In this document: piece after piece, positions 40,760 to 50,108 of the stretch
Layout: every line of letters starts with the position of its first letter
Position numbering within the stretch: the first letter of the stretch is position 1
Source of the DNA: Chitinophaga pinensis
GTDB lineage: Bacteria > Bacteroidota > Bacteroidia > NS11-12g > UBA955
DNA: 64,000 nt
Direction: 5' to 3'
NCBI GenBank assembly: GCA_945865625.1
Contig: CAMBFD010000001.1
Coordinates: 34,559 to 98,558 of the forward strand
Position numbers and translations under genes: made by a program
The notes under the pieces: model-generated
What the model was told of the DNA's origin: nothing
Databases searched by the model: none
The model's input: only the letters and a program-made list of their open reading frames with translations

Positions 40760-42048
40760 TCTTCTTCTTTTACACCTTCCGGAAGCAATTCTCCCTCCCA
40801 TTTACTTACAGCTGTTGTTGCCAATGCATTTCCCAATACGTTTGTCATTGAACGTCCCATATCGCAAAAATGGTCAATTGGCAAAATCAAAGCAATACCT
40901 TCTGCTGGAATTTTAAACATAGTGCAGGTTGCCGCAACCACAACCAAAGACGCCCTTGGTACGCCCGCAATTCCTTTGCTTGTAAGCATTAACACTAATA
41001 ACATGGTTAACTGAGTTCCAATGTCTAAAGGAATTGAGTAGGCTTGGGCAATGAAAATACTCGCAAAAGTCATATACATCATACTACCATCTAAATTAAA
41101 CGAATAGCCTAAGGGTAAAATAAAACTTACAATATTCTTTTTGCAGCCAAAATTCTCCAATTCTTCTGTGAGTTTTGGAAAAACTGCCTCTGAACTAGTT
41201 GTAGAAAAAGCAACCAACATTGGGTTTTTAATGCAGTTAATCAATGCAAACAATCGTTTTTTCAAAACAAACCAGCCTACAAGCAATAAGATCATCCACA
41301 AAATGGCAATGCCAGTATAAAACGATAAAAGGTATTTACCATAAACCAATAAAATTCCAAGTCCTTTAGTGCAAATGATGGCAGTAATTCCCCCAAAAAC
41401 ACCAAATGGGGCGAAATTCATCACATATCCAACCATTTTCAAGATCACCTTAGAAATTTTATCCAAAGCCAGAACCAAGCTTTCGCCAGTTTTTCCTAAG
41501 CTTGCAAGCGCAACGCCAAAGAACATTGAGAAGATTACAATTTGTAAAATTTCATTTTCGGCAAGGGCTTGAAACAAACTTTTAGGGAATAAATGTTCTA
41601 TGAAATGATTGATAGAAAACGAATCTGTTTTTTGCACCAATTCTTCAACTGATTTTACATTGGCACTTACATTGCCTAAGTTCATCCCTTTGCCCGGCTC
41701 GAAGAAGTTCACCAAAGCCAATCCTAAGAGCAATGAGATCAATGAGGCAGATAAAAACCACAGCATACTTTTGCCGCCAACACGACCAATGGCGCTTAAG
41801 TTTCCCATTTTCGCAATTCCAACAATGAGGGTTGTGATGACCAAAGGAGCAATGATCATTTGAACCAAGCGGAGGAAAATGGTTGTTAATATTTTGAAGT
41901 ATGAAGCATAGGTTGCATTGATTTCACCGGTTGGATTTTGGGCGCTGCCAATTTCAGGCAATCCGGTAAAAATAATTTGACCTACCACCGCACCAATAAC
42001 CATGGCTACGATAATGAAAATGGTTAGTTTAGAGCCTTTGTTTTTCAT
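40756..42048 (-). CDS. Dicarboxylate/amino acid:cation symporter (DAACS family, GltP-like)
   Basis: 430 aa. ~8 TM helices plus re-entrant loops. Conserved segments GILLVYGKY and NGSAMYMT-like DGSMMYMT. Confidence 0.85.
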   Translation of the reverse strand: MKNKGSKLTIFIIVAMVIGAVVGQIIFTGLPEIGSAQNPTGEINATYASYFKILTTIFLRLVQMIIAPLVITTLIVGIAKMGNLSAIGRVGGKSMLWFLSASLISLLLGLALVNFFEPGKGMNLGNVSANVKSVEELVQKTDSFSINHFIEHLFPKSLFQALAENEILQIVIFSMFFGVALASLGKTGESLVLALDKISKVILKMVGYVMNFAPFGVFGGITAIICTKGLGILLVYGKYLLSFYTGIAILWMILLLVGWFVLKKRLFALINCIKNPMLVAFSTTSSEAVFPKLTEELENFGCKKNIVSFILPLGYSFNLDGSMMYMTFASIFIAQAYSIPLDIGTQLTMLLVLMLTSKGIAGVPRASLVVVAATCTMFKIPAEGIALILPIDHFCDMGRSMTNVLGNALATTAVSKWEGELLPEGVKEEE

Positions 42049-42120
42049 GAACTTGATTGCAAAAGTAAGGGATAATTCTAAATCAGTGAGAAATCCGTTT
42101 CAAAGTGTTATTTTTGTGTA

Positions 42121-43086
42121 ATGATTGTTGTCACCGGCGCATTGGGTTTTATTGGTTCAGCTTTGTTGGGAGAGCTTCAGCAAAGGGGCTATGGAGAATT
42201 GGTTGCCGTTGATAATTTTAGTGATACTCGTAAATTTTCAAATTTGAATGGAAAAAACCTTCATTCGAAAATAGACCGTTCTGAATTCCTCAATTGGCTC
42301 GAAATCAATGGTGAGAAAGTTCAATTTGTATTTCACATTGGCGCAAGAACACGCACAAACGAATTCGATTGGAACGTATTGAATGAACTCAATGTGAATT
42401 ACTCAAAATCGGTTTGGAGTCTATGCACAAAACATAGCATTCCTTTGGTTTATGCTTCTTCGGCTGCTACATATGGAAACGGCGATCAAGGGTTTTCTGA
42501 TGACCCTTCTATATTAATGTCCCTCAAACCAATGAATCCATATGGTGAGAGCAAACAGATTTTTGATATATGGACGCTCAACCAAACAGAAACACCACCT
42601 TTTTGGGCTGGATTTAAGTTTTTCAATGTTTTTGGCCCGAATGAATATCATAAAGGAAGAATGGCAAGCGTTGTTTTTCATGCGTACAACCAAATTCAAG
42701 AAGAAGGGCAGGTGTCGTTGTTTAAAAGTTACAAACCTGAATACTCCGATGGTGCGCAAAAACGTGATTTTGTTTATGTTAAGGATGTCATTAATGTGCT
42801 CATATTTGAAATGGAAACCCGCAAAAATTCTGGGCTTTTCAATTTAGGAAGTGGCCAATCTCATACTTTCCTTGAATTAGCGAATGCTGTTTATGAGGCA
42901 TTAGGAATTCAACCGAAAATTTCGTATATTGAGATGCCTGAAGATATTCGTGATAATTACCAATATTTCACCGAAGCCGATGAATCGAGGCTCATTCAAT
43001 CTGGATATCATTTAGGATTTACAGATTTTAAAATTGCCGTATCAGATTACGTTCAGAATTATCTTGAAACAAATACATACATGTAA
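42121..43086 (+). CDS. hldD: NAD-dependent sugar-nucleotide epimerase, ADP-L-glycero-D-manno-heptose-6-epimerase-like
   Basis: 321 aa. Rossmann motif VTGALGFIGSAL. SDR-extended catalytic YxxxK (YGESK). Confidence 0.65.
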   Translation: MIVVTGALGFIGSALLGELQQRGYGELVAVDNFSDTRKFSNLNGKNLHSKIDRSEFLNWLEINGEKVQFVFHIGARTRTNEFDWNVLNELNVNYSKSVWSLCTKHSIPLVYASSAATYGNGDQGFSDDPSILMSLKPMNPYGESKQIFDIWTLNQTETPPFWAGFKFFNVFGPNEYHKGRMASVVFHAYNQIQEEGQVSLFKSYKPEYSDGAQKRDFVYVKDVINVLIFEMETRKNSGLFNLGSGQSHTFLELANAVYEALGIQPKISYIEMPEDIRDNYQYFTEADESRLIQSGYHLGFTDFKIAVSDYVQNYLETNTYM

Positions 43087-43089
43087 TTT

Positions 43090-46000
43090 ATGTTCAAATC
43101 TACCGGAAGTTGGCTCATTGCAATAGGTACAATATTATTGGGTGGGTCTCAATATTTTTCTTTCGGGCAGAAAACATTTCAATCTGAATTAACTTTAAAC
43201 TCTTACGCTAAAGAAGTTGTAAGTGAAATTGAAAATGTTGATTTTCATATTGCCAACTTCGATAAATCTCCAACGATCAATCATTATTCGAGTTCAATAC
43301 AACGCGAATTATTTAAAGAAAATAAAATTGAGGTTTATCAGTTTACTGACGGTAAGCCAGTTTTATGGACAAACAATCAATTTTACATTGTTCCAGAAAA
43401 TAAAAATGCATTTGAAATTATCCACCAAGGGTCAATTCATTTGGCAAAATGGAATCGGGTTCACGGTCGTGAAACTTGGGTTTATGTATACAATATTTTC
43501 GAAAATCAAGGACCGAAATTAAACCCGGATTCTTTAAATGAAAAACAGAATTCTATTTTGGATATCGATAGAAAAATTATTGAAAATGGCAAAATCATTC
43601 AATTTAAAGGTTCTTTGATTCAGAAAAGCGAATCTCAATATTCTATTGGATTTAAACAATATTCTGCTAGTTTGTTTTATGATTTAGTGTTTTTAATTGG
43701 TCTTTGCTTAATTAGCTTGGGTATCTATATTCGTTACAAAATCACAAAACTCAATTTCCTGAAAGTCGTAAATTGGTTGATTTGGTTTCTTGCAACTATT
43801 TTATTTACATATGAATTCATTGCAAAAACATTCAAACAACTTAAGCTCTTTTCTTCTGATTTGTTTTATTTCAATTCGTTTTTTCAGAGTATCGGATTAA
43901 CACTCATCTGGTCATTGTTATTCTATTGGTTCGTACTAATGGTGGTCAACTATTGCCGTAAATTACTGCCTAATTTGTCCCTCAAAAAGAAAATTACCGT
44001 GCTCATAATTATGTACGGCGTTGCTTTAGCTACCTTATGGTTTATTTTTGTTTTAGCCAAAGATTTGGTAGGAAGCACCGACATCCATTTCGACTTTTTT
44101 GAAATCCTACTCGTTACAAGATACACACTCATTTCTGTTGGTATTCTCGTGCTGTTAATGGTCAGCGTGTTTACCATTTTAAACGAATTTGCACCTACTT
44201 TTTACTTGCTGGATGTAAATCATCGTATGATGATTTTTATACTCTCTTTTTTGCCAAATTTAATCTATTGCTTCTACAATATTCAAAGCCTTTTATACTG
44301 TGTTATTTGGATATTTTTTATTGTCATTTGGTTTTTATTTAGGAAAAACTCGAATACACGTTTCGATTATACTCGAATCTTGCTTCAAGTGTTATTGCCA
44401 TGTATTTCTTTGAGCGTTATTCTAAATACTGAGTTGAGAAAAAAGGAAAATTTACAACGAAAATATTTGTCGTCTCAATTATTTTTGAAAGCAGATAAGA
44501 TCATTAAAGAACGTTTATATGATGCCGAAACTCAATTAAATTCAGATAAGGGGGTTTTAGATTACTATAGTTACCAAGACGTAACTAAGGAAGCATTTGA
44601 AAGCCGCCTAAAGCAAGTTTGCTTTGATTCGGAATATGAGAATTATGATATTTCAATTTTTGATTTTGATGGACAAGGTCTGTCTTATCGAATCGACAAT
44701 ACCATAGATTATGGAACACTAAACGCAATTTATTTTAGTGATTTGTGCATTCAGGTAACAAACCGATTTTTTCTCATCAACGGAAGAAGATTGCGTGGTT
44801 GTTATTTAGGAAAATTTAATGTTGTTCAAGGAAGTCAACTTTTGGGAAGTTATTTCGTACTCTTAACCCCGAAATTTGGAAATACCCTGGGTCGTCTGTC
44901 TGATGTAATTCAAAAGAATACAACTGAAAATATCTTTAGACGTTATCAATATTCTTATGCCATTTATAACCGAAATAAACTAAATAGGCATTCTGGCCAA
45001 TTCGATTATCCAGCAATTAACTTATTTGGTGCGTCAACACGTTTTTTCAATAAAGATGGATTTAGCCATTATGTACAAAAAGACGAATACAACAACATTG
45101 TAATTATCACCCAAAAAGATGAATCGATGCTTATGTCGTCAATTCAATTTACTTTATTATCGCTTGCTGGGTTTATTCTCTTTTTACTCTATTTGTTGGT
45201 TGTTTGGATTCAACAAAGAGTTGGTTTATTATTTCAAAGATTCAAATTTACAAGTCGTTTTGGCTTCACACGGCGTGTCATTATGCCGCAATTTTCAACT
45301 GAAAGTTGGTTTTTATCCCGTCGATTACAGTTATATATCACTTGGTTGGTGTTTGGTATATTTTTGATTGTCATCTTTGTAACCATCAATTACTTTATAC
45401 AAAACAATATTGAACGTCAGCAACAATATCTGATGAATAAAGCCAATAATGTGGCCAATAAAATTAGTGGAGAAATTAATCTTGATGCACTTCAAAATAA
45501 ATATGAAGTAGGATTGGTTTATGATTTGGCAGATTATTATGAAACTGATATTAATGTTTACGATCAATTTGGTAAACTTATTTTTTCAACAAACCCTAAG
45601 TTATATTCTGAGAAATATACGGGTGAACTCATGAATCCAACTGTTCTCGGGAAATTTCAAACCAATGAAATTTCATCTGCAATTGTTTCAGAGAATATTG
45701 CCGATTTAAGTTACATTTCTGCTTATACCACATTGATAGATAATGATCTGAATGTTCGTGGGTATGTAAATTTGCCATATTTTTCAAACAGAGAAGATTT
45801 GTTTCGCGAAATCTCACAATATACCGTGACCATTATCAATCTATTTGTGCTCATTTTTGCATTGGCAATTATATTAACATATTACGTAGCCCAACGATTG
45901 TCGAAACCACTTATCTTAATCAAAAATCAATTGTCGCAAATGAAAATTGGTGAGAAAAACCTACCTATCCAATGGCAACGAAATGATGAAATTGGATTGT

Positions 46001-46740
46001 TGGTTACTGAGTACAATAAAATGTTAAGTGCCCTCGATTCTAGCTTGGGTCGTTTAGCAGAAAGCGAGCGTCAAGGGGCTTGGAGGGAAATGGCAAAGCA
46101 AGTGGCGCATGAGATTAAGAATCCATTGACTCCAATGCGATTATCGTTGCAGCATTTGCAATATTCAATAAGCAGGGGCGATGATCATATAGAGGAAAAG
46201 GTCAAAAAAACCATTGCATTAATGATTCGTCAGATTGATTCGCTCAGCGCCATGGCTGAGGAATTTAGCTCTTTTGCCAAAATGCCGGAACCCATTTTAG
46301 AAAATATTGATTTAAAGTTGGTGTTAACGGATGCGGTAGACTTGATGGAAAAGGAAATGGGACAACCTATTACCTTGAAAATTGATGTCGATACTATTCC
46401 AGTTTTGGCAGACCCGCATCAGCTGGGTCGTATCTTTAATAATATTTTCAAAAATGCCATTCAAGCCATTCCTGATGATAGAATTGGTCAGATTGTGGTG
46501 GATGTAATGATGCTTCAAAAATCGGTGCTGCTTACAATTTCCGACAACGGAAAAGGCATACCACCTGAATTGTTCGACAAGATTTTTAGCCCGAATTTTA
46601 GTACGAAAAACAGTGGAATGGGACTAGGACTTGCCATCACAAAGAAAATTATTGAACAATTCAATGGCAGAATTCAGTTTAAATCTGAAATCAATGTGGG
46701 TACCGTTTTCGAAATTGAAATCCCGCTAAACTTAGGGTAA
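43090..46740 (+). CDS. Large multi-pass membrane sensor histidine kinase
   Basis: 1216 aa. Many TM helices in the N-terminal ~700 aa. HisKA H-box HEIKNPLTPM. HATPase_c N/G boxes IFNNIFKNAIQA and GMGLGLAI. No adjacent response regulator. Confidence 0.8.
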   Translation: MFKSTGSWLIAIGTILLGGSQYFSFGQKTFQSELTLNSYAKEVVSEIENVDFHIANFDKSPTINHYSSSIQRELFKENKIEVYQFTDGKPVLWTNNQFYIVPENKNAFEIIHQGSIHLAKWNRVHGRETWVYVYNIFENQGPKLNPDSLNEKQNSILDIDRKIIENGKIIQFKGSLIQKSESQYSIGFKQYSASLFYDLVFLIGLCLISLGIYIRYKITKLNFLKVVNWLIWFLATILFTYEFIAKTFKQLKLFSSDLFYFNSFFQSIGLTLIWSLLFYWFVLMVVNYCRKLLPNLSLKKKITVLIIMYGVALATLWFIFVLAKDLVGSTDIHFDFFEILLVTRYTLISVGILVLLMVSVFTILNEFAPTFYLLDVNHRMMIFILSFLPNLIYCFYNIQSLLYCVIWIFFIVIWFLFRKNSNTRFDYTRILLQVLLPCISLSVILNTELRKKENLQRKYLSSQLFLKADKIIKERLYDAETQLNSDKGVLDYYSYQDVTKEAFESRLKQVCFDSEYENYDISIFDFDGQGLSYRIDNTIDYGTLNAIYFSDLCIQVTNRFFLINGRRLRGCYLGKFNVVQGSQLLGSYFVLLTPKFGNTLGRLSDVIQKNTTENIFRRYQYSYAIYNRNKLNRHSGQFDYPAINLFGASTRFFNKDGFSHYVQKDEYNNIVIITQKDESMLMSSIQFTLLSLAGFILFLLYLLVVWIQQRVGLLFQRFKFTSRFGFTRRVIMPQFSTESWFLSRRLQLYITWLVFGIFLIVIFVTINYFIQNNIERQQQYLMNKANNVANKISGEINLDALQNKYEVGLVYDLADYYETDINVYDQFGKLIFSTNPKLYSEKYTGELMNPTVLGKFQTNEISSAIVSENIADLSYISAYTTLIDNDLNVRGYVNLPYFSNREDLFREISQYTVTIINLFVLIFALAIILTYYVAQRLSKPLILIKNQLSQMKIGEKNLPIQWQRNDEIGLLVTEYNKMLSALDSSLGRLAESERQGAWREMAKQVAHEIKNPLTPMRLSLQHLQYSISRGDDHIEEKVKKTIALMIRQIDSLSAMAEEFSSFAKMPEPILENIDLKLVLTDAVDLMEKEMGQPITLKIDVDTIPVLADPHQLGRIFNNIFKNAIQAIPDDRIGQIVVDVMMLQKSVLLTISDNGKGIPPELFDKIFSPNFSTKNSGMGLGLAITKKIIEQFNGRIQFKSEINVGTVFEIEIPLNLG

Positions 46741-47649
46741 ATGACTCTTTACTTTTGAAAACCCAGCCCTGGTGATTGGCGTTTTTCCAAAGTTTAATTT
46801 AAATTCTTCCTCCGATATCGAATTCCAAGCTTCCTGATTCCACTCAGTCCAATCTCCTGATGGAATGAATCTTTCTTCTTGAGTAGGGACGCTAAAACGA
46901 TTCCATGGACAAACGTCTTGGCAAATATCACAACCAAATATCCATTGGTCAAGGCTTTGTTTCTCCTCCAGTTGTAGTTCTGATCGCTTTTCAATGGTTA
47001 AATAAGAAATGCATTTTGTGGCATCTATCACTTGGTCTGAAACTATGGCATCTGTAGGACAAGCATCAATACAAGCCGTGCAACTTCCACAGTGATCGGT
47101 GGTTGGTTGGTCGGGCTCTATTTCAATGGTACAGATAATTTCTGCTAAAAAGAAAAAACTTCCAATTCCTTTTCTGATAATCAAACTGTTTTTTCCAATC
47201 CATCCAATTCCAGATTGCTCAGCCCATTGACGCTCCATCAATGGCGCAGAATCAACAAAAACCCGACCTTGAGCTTCCGAATGTAATGTTTTGATATATT
47301 CTAATAAGAGAAATCCTTGATCTTTCACCACTTTGTGGTAATCTTCACCATACGCGTATTTTGCAACTTTTGGGGCTTTGGTTTTTTGTAATTTCTCCGG
47401 AAAATAATTATATGCCAAGCTAATTACAGTTTTGGAACCTTCAACCAACAATGTTGGATCTAAACGTTTTTCAAAATGATTTTCCATGTAGCCCATTTCT
47501 CCGTGAAAACCGCGATTCAACCAATCTTGTAAATGATTTCTTTCCGTTTCTAAACAAGTAGCCACAGAAAAACCACAGGCTAAAAAACCAAGTTCTTCAG
47601 ATTTTTGAATGATTTGCGATTTGATGGTTGGGTTGTCCATAAAGAACAA
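46732..47649 (-). CDS. queG: Epoxyqueuosine reductase
   Basis: 305 aa. 4Fe-4S ferredoxin motifs CGSCTACIDACP and CDICQDVCPWN. Confidence 0.85.
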   Translation of the reverse strand: MFFMDNPTIKSQIIQKSEELGFLACGFSVATCLETERNHLQDWLNRGFHGEMGYMENHFEKRLDPTLLVEGSKTVISLAYNYFPEKLQKTKAPKVAKYAYGEDYHKVVKDQGFLLLEYIKTLHSEAQGRVFVDSAPLMERQWAEQSGIGWIGKNSLIIRKGIGSFFFLAEIICTIEIEPDQPTTDHCGSCTACIDACPTDAIVSDQVIDATKCISYLTIEKRSELQLEEKQSLDQWIFGCDICQDVCPWNRFSVPTQEERFIPSGDWTEWNQEAWNSISEEEFKLNFGKTPITRAGFSKVKSHLP

Positions 47650-47658
47650 AGGTTTCTT

Positions 47659-48687
47659 TTACAACAATTTTCCAGAGCCACCGCCCATGTGCGGAATTTT
47701 ACCCAAATGCCTATATGCCAAATGTGTGGCTTCTCTACCTCGAGCTGTACGCTGTAAATATCCCTCCTGAATTAAGAATGGTTCATAAACCTCTTCTATG
47801 GTTCCTGAATCCTCACCAACAGCAGTGGCAATGGTTCCAAGTCCTACAGGACCACCCTTGAACTTTTCGATAATGGTTAACAAAATTCGATTATCCATTT
47901 CATCCAATCCATTGGCATCAACATTTAATGCTTGCAGTGCAAATTGCGCAATGTCTAAATTGATGGTACCATCGCCTTTGATTTGAGCAAAATCTCTGGT
48001 TCTACGCAAAAGTGCGTTTGCAATTCTTGGGGTTCCACGACTTCTACGGGCAATTTCAAAAGCAGCGCTTTCTTCAATTGGGGTGTTTAAAATACTTGAA
48101 CTACGTTTGACAATTCCTGTTAAGATTTCGGCATTGTAATATTCTAACCTACAATTGATACCGAAACGGGCTCTTAAAGGCGCCGTCAATAAACCGCTTC
48201 TAGTGGTTGCTCCAACCAATGTGAATGGTGCCAATGAAATTTGCACACTGCGGGCATTGGGGCCTGTATCGATCATAATGTCAATACGATAGTCTTCCAT
48301 TGCACTATACAAATATTCTTCAATTACAGGGCTCAAACGGTGAATTTCATCAATAAACAAAACATCACCTTTTTGAAGGTTGGTTAACAAACCTGCCAAA
48401 TCACCCGGCTTTTCAAGTACGGGTCCGCTGGTGATTTTCATTGAGCTGCCCATGGCATTGGCAACAATATGACTTAAAGTGGTTTTTCCAAGACCCGGAG
48501 GGCCATGGAGTAAAATATGGTCTAACGCTTCTTCTCTCAAACGAGCTGCTTCTACGAAAACTTTTAGGTTATCTAAGATTTTTTCTTGCCCGGTAAAATC
48601 GTCGAAGGTTGCTGGCCTCAATACCTTTTCAATGTCCTTGTCGGCACGGCTTAATTGATCGTTGGCAGGATTGAGGTTTGGATTCAT
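47659..48687 (-). CDS. ruvB: Holliday junction branch-migration helicase RuvB
   Basis: 342 aa. Walker [11 protein letters not shown] and AAA+ sensor motifs. Confidence 0.95.
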   Translation of the reverse strand: MNPNLNPANDQLSRADKDIEKVLRPATFDDFTGQEKILDNLKVFVEAARLREEALDHILLHGPPGLGKTTLSHIVANAMGSSMKITSGPVLEKPGDLAGLLTNLQKGDVLFIDEIHRLSPVIEEYLYSAMEDYRIDIMIDTGPNARSVQISLAPFTLVGATTRSGLLTAPLRARFGINCRLEYYNAEILTGIVKRSSSILNTPIEESAAFEIARRSRGTPRIANALLRRTRDFAQIKGDGTINLDIAQFALQALNVDANGLDEMDNRILLTIIEKFKGGPVGLGTIATAVGEDSGTIEEVYEPFLIQEGYLQRTARGREATHLAYRHLGKIPHMGGGSGKLL

Positions 48688-48690
48688 GAG

Positions 48691-49563
48691 TTATAGTGTA
48701 TTTGCTAAACGACGTAAATTTGCTTCAACAGTTGCGTTTACAGGCCAAAGTGGTTGACGTACAGCTGTTCCACAAAGTCCTTTCTCGTTCAACATGGTTT
48801 TAATTCCTGAGGGACTACCATCGGCGAAAATTGCAATGGCAGATTCCATGGTTTGGTAGTGAAGTGATTTTGCGTCGGCAAAACGTCCCTCCAAACAAGC
48901 CTTTACCATACCCGAAAATTGCATTGGGAAAGCATGGTTAATCACAGAGATTACGCCAGCCGCTCCACAAGCCATCATGGGCAAAGTGAGAGAGTCATCG
49001 CCGCTGATAACAAGGAAATCTGCAGGTTTATGAGCAATGATTTGCATCACTTGCTCGATGTTTCCTGATGCTTCTTTTGTAGCAACAATTTGTGGCAAGG
49101 CAGCCAAACGCAATTGCGTTTCGGCAGTCATGTTCATTCCAGTTCTTCCCGGAACATTGTAAATAATGATTGGCAATGGGGTTACTGCGCACAACGATTT
49201 GTAATGCTGGTAAATTCCTTCTTGATTTGGTTTGTTGTAATAAGGACTCACCGATAAAATGGCGCAAAAGCCTGAAACATCGGTGGTTTTCAAAAGATGA
49301 CAAACTTCGGCAGTGTTGTTGCCTCCGATGCCCAGAATTAATGGCAATCGACCATGATTTGCTGCTTTAATGCAATTGATTATCGCAGTTTTTTCATCAG
49401 ACGATAACGTAGCACTTTCACCTGTTGTTCCTAAAACAACCAAGTAGTTTGTGCCACCATCAATTTGTTGGTTTACAATGCGTGCAAGTGCATCGAAATC
49501 AATGCTATGATCTTCTTTAAATGGGGTAATTAATGCCACCCCTGTGCCCATTAGTTCTTTCAT
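48691..49563 (-). CDS. dapA: 4-hydroxy-tetrahydrodipicolinate synthase
   Basis: 290 aa. Motif GTTGESATLS and Schiff-base lysine region. Confidence 0.9.
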   Translation of the reverse strand: MKELMGTGVALITPFKEDHSIDFDALARIVNQQIDGGTNYLVVLGTTGESATLSSDEKTAIINCIKAANHGRLPLILGIGGNNTAEVCHLLKTTDVSGFCAILSVSPYYNKPNQEGIYQHYKSLCAVTPLPIIIYNVPGRTGMNMTAETQLRLAALPQIVATKEASGNIEQVMQIIAHKPADFLVISGDDSLTLPMMACGAAGVISVINHAFPMQFSGMVKACLEGRFADAKSLHYQTMESAIAIFADGSPSGIKTMLNEKGLCGTAVRQPLWPVNATVEANLRRLANTL

Positions 49564-50108
49564 TGTAAATGTTTAAAGCAATCTTTTAAATCGCAAATGT
49601 ACTGATTCAAATTCGGTGTTTCATTTTGTTTTAGCAAGATATCAAAAAAAGCTGGATAATTTTCCTGCCACAGAGATACCCTTGCAATGCTGTTCGACAT
49701 GCTCGCCATTACAATTGTTTTGTAAGAGAATGACATGTCTAGGTTTATGAAAAAATCAGAAGGTTGTTTGAGTATCATCTGAAGTCCATCGGCCTTTGGG
49801 AATCCATACCAGTTGAAGTCTGCTTGGCAAAAATTCCAACGATTTCTATCGGCAGGAACAGGAATGTTCTTCGTGTCTTTTCCCGGGTAAATGATAATTT
49901 TACTGACAATTTTTCCGTTTTGTTTTAAGTAATCGGCAAAATCCTCGATGAGCGCAATTTGTTGGTCATTATTCTCTAAAACTTCATACGCAATGATAAA
50001 GTTTTTAGCATATCTAAAATTAATGGCACCCTTGTTTCTCTTAAAAGATTTGGCCTTTAAGTTCAGCAATGCCATTTTGAGTTTGCTTGGTTGAAATTCT
50101 TCGTTCAT
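49560..50108 (-). CDS. Hypothetical protein (conserved position between ligA and dapA)
   Basis: 182 aa. No recognizable motif. 4-nt overlaps on both sides. Confidence 0.4.
   Translation of the reverse strand: MNEEFQPSKLKMALLNLKAKSFKRNKGAINFRYAKNFIIAYEVLENNDQQIALIEDFADYLKQNGKIVSKIIIYPGKDTKNIPVPADRNRWNFCQADFNWYGFPKADGLQMILKQPSDFFINLDMSFSYKTIVMASMSNSIARVSLWQENYPAFFDILLKQNETPNLNQYICDLKDCFKHLQ

Noticed and set aside
40760-40801. N-terminal extension MGGRIASGRCKRRR of the 127-aa ORF, giving a 46-nt overlap with the symporter gene
   Set aside because: The internal Met (MIDPEV...) gives the common 4-nt ATGA-type overlap. The Arg-rich extension looks like read-through of the neighbouring gene's 3' end in another frame.
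43223-45817. Several 60-100-aa ORFs in other frames within the 3.6-kb histidine kinase gene (43223-43522, 43950-44177, 45119-45367, 45331-45567, 45629-45817)
   Set aside because: All are nested in one long uninterrupted sense frame that has HisKA/HATPase motifs. They are low-complexity products of an AT-rich region.
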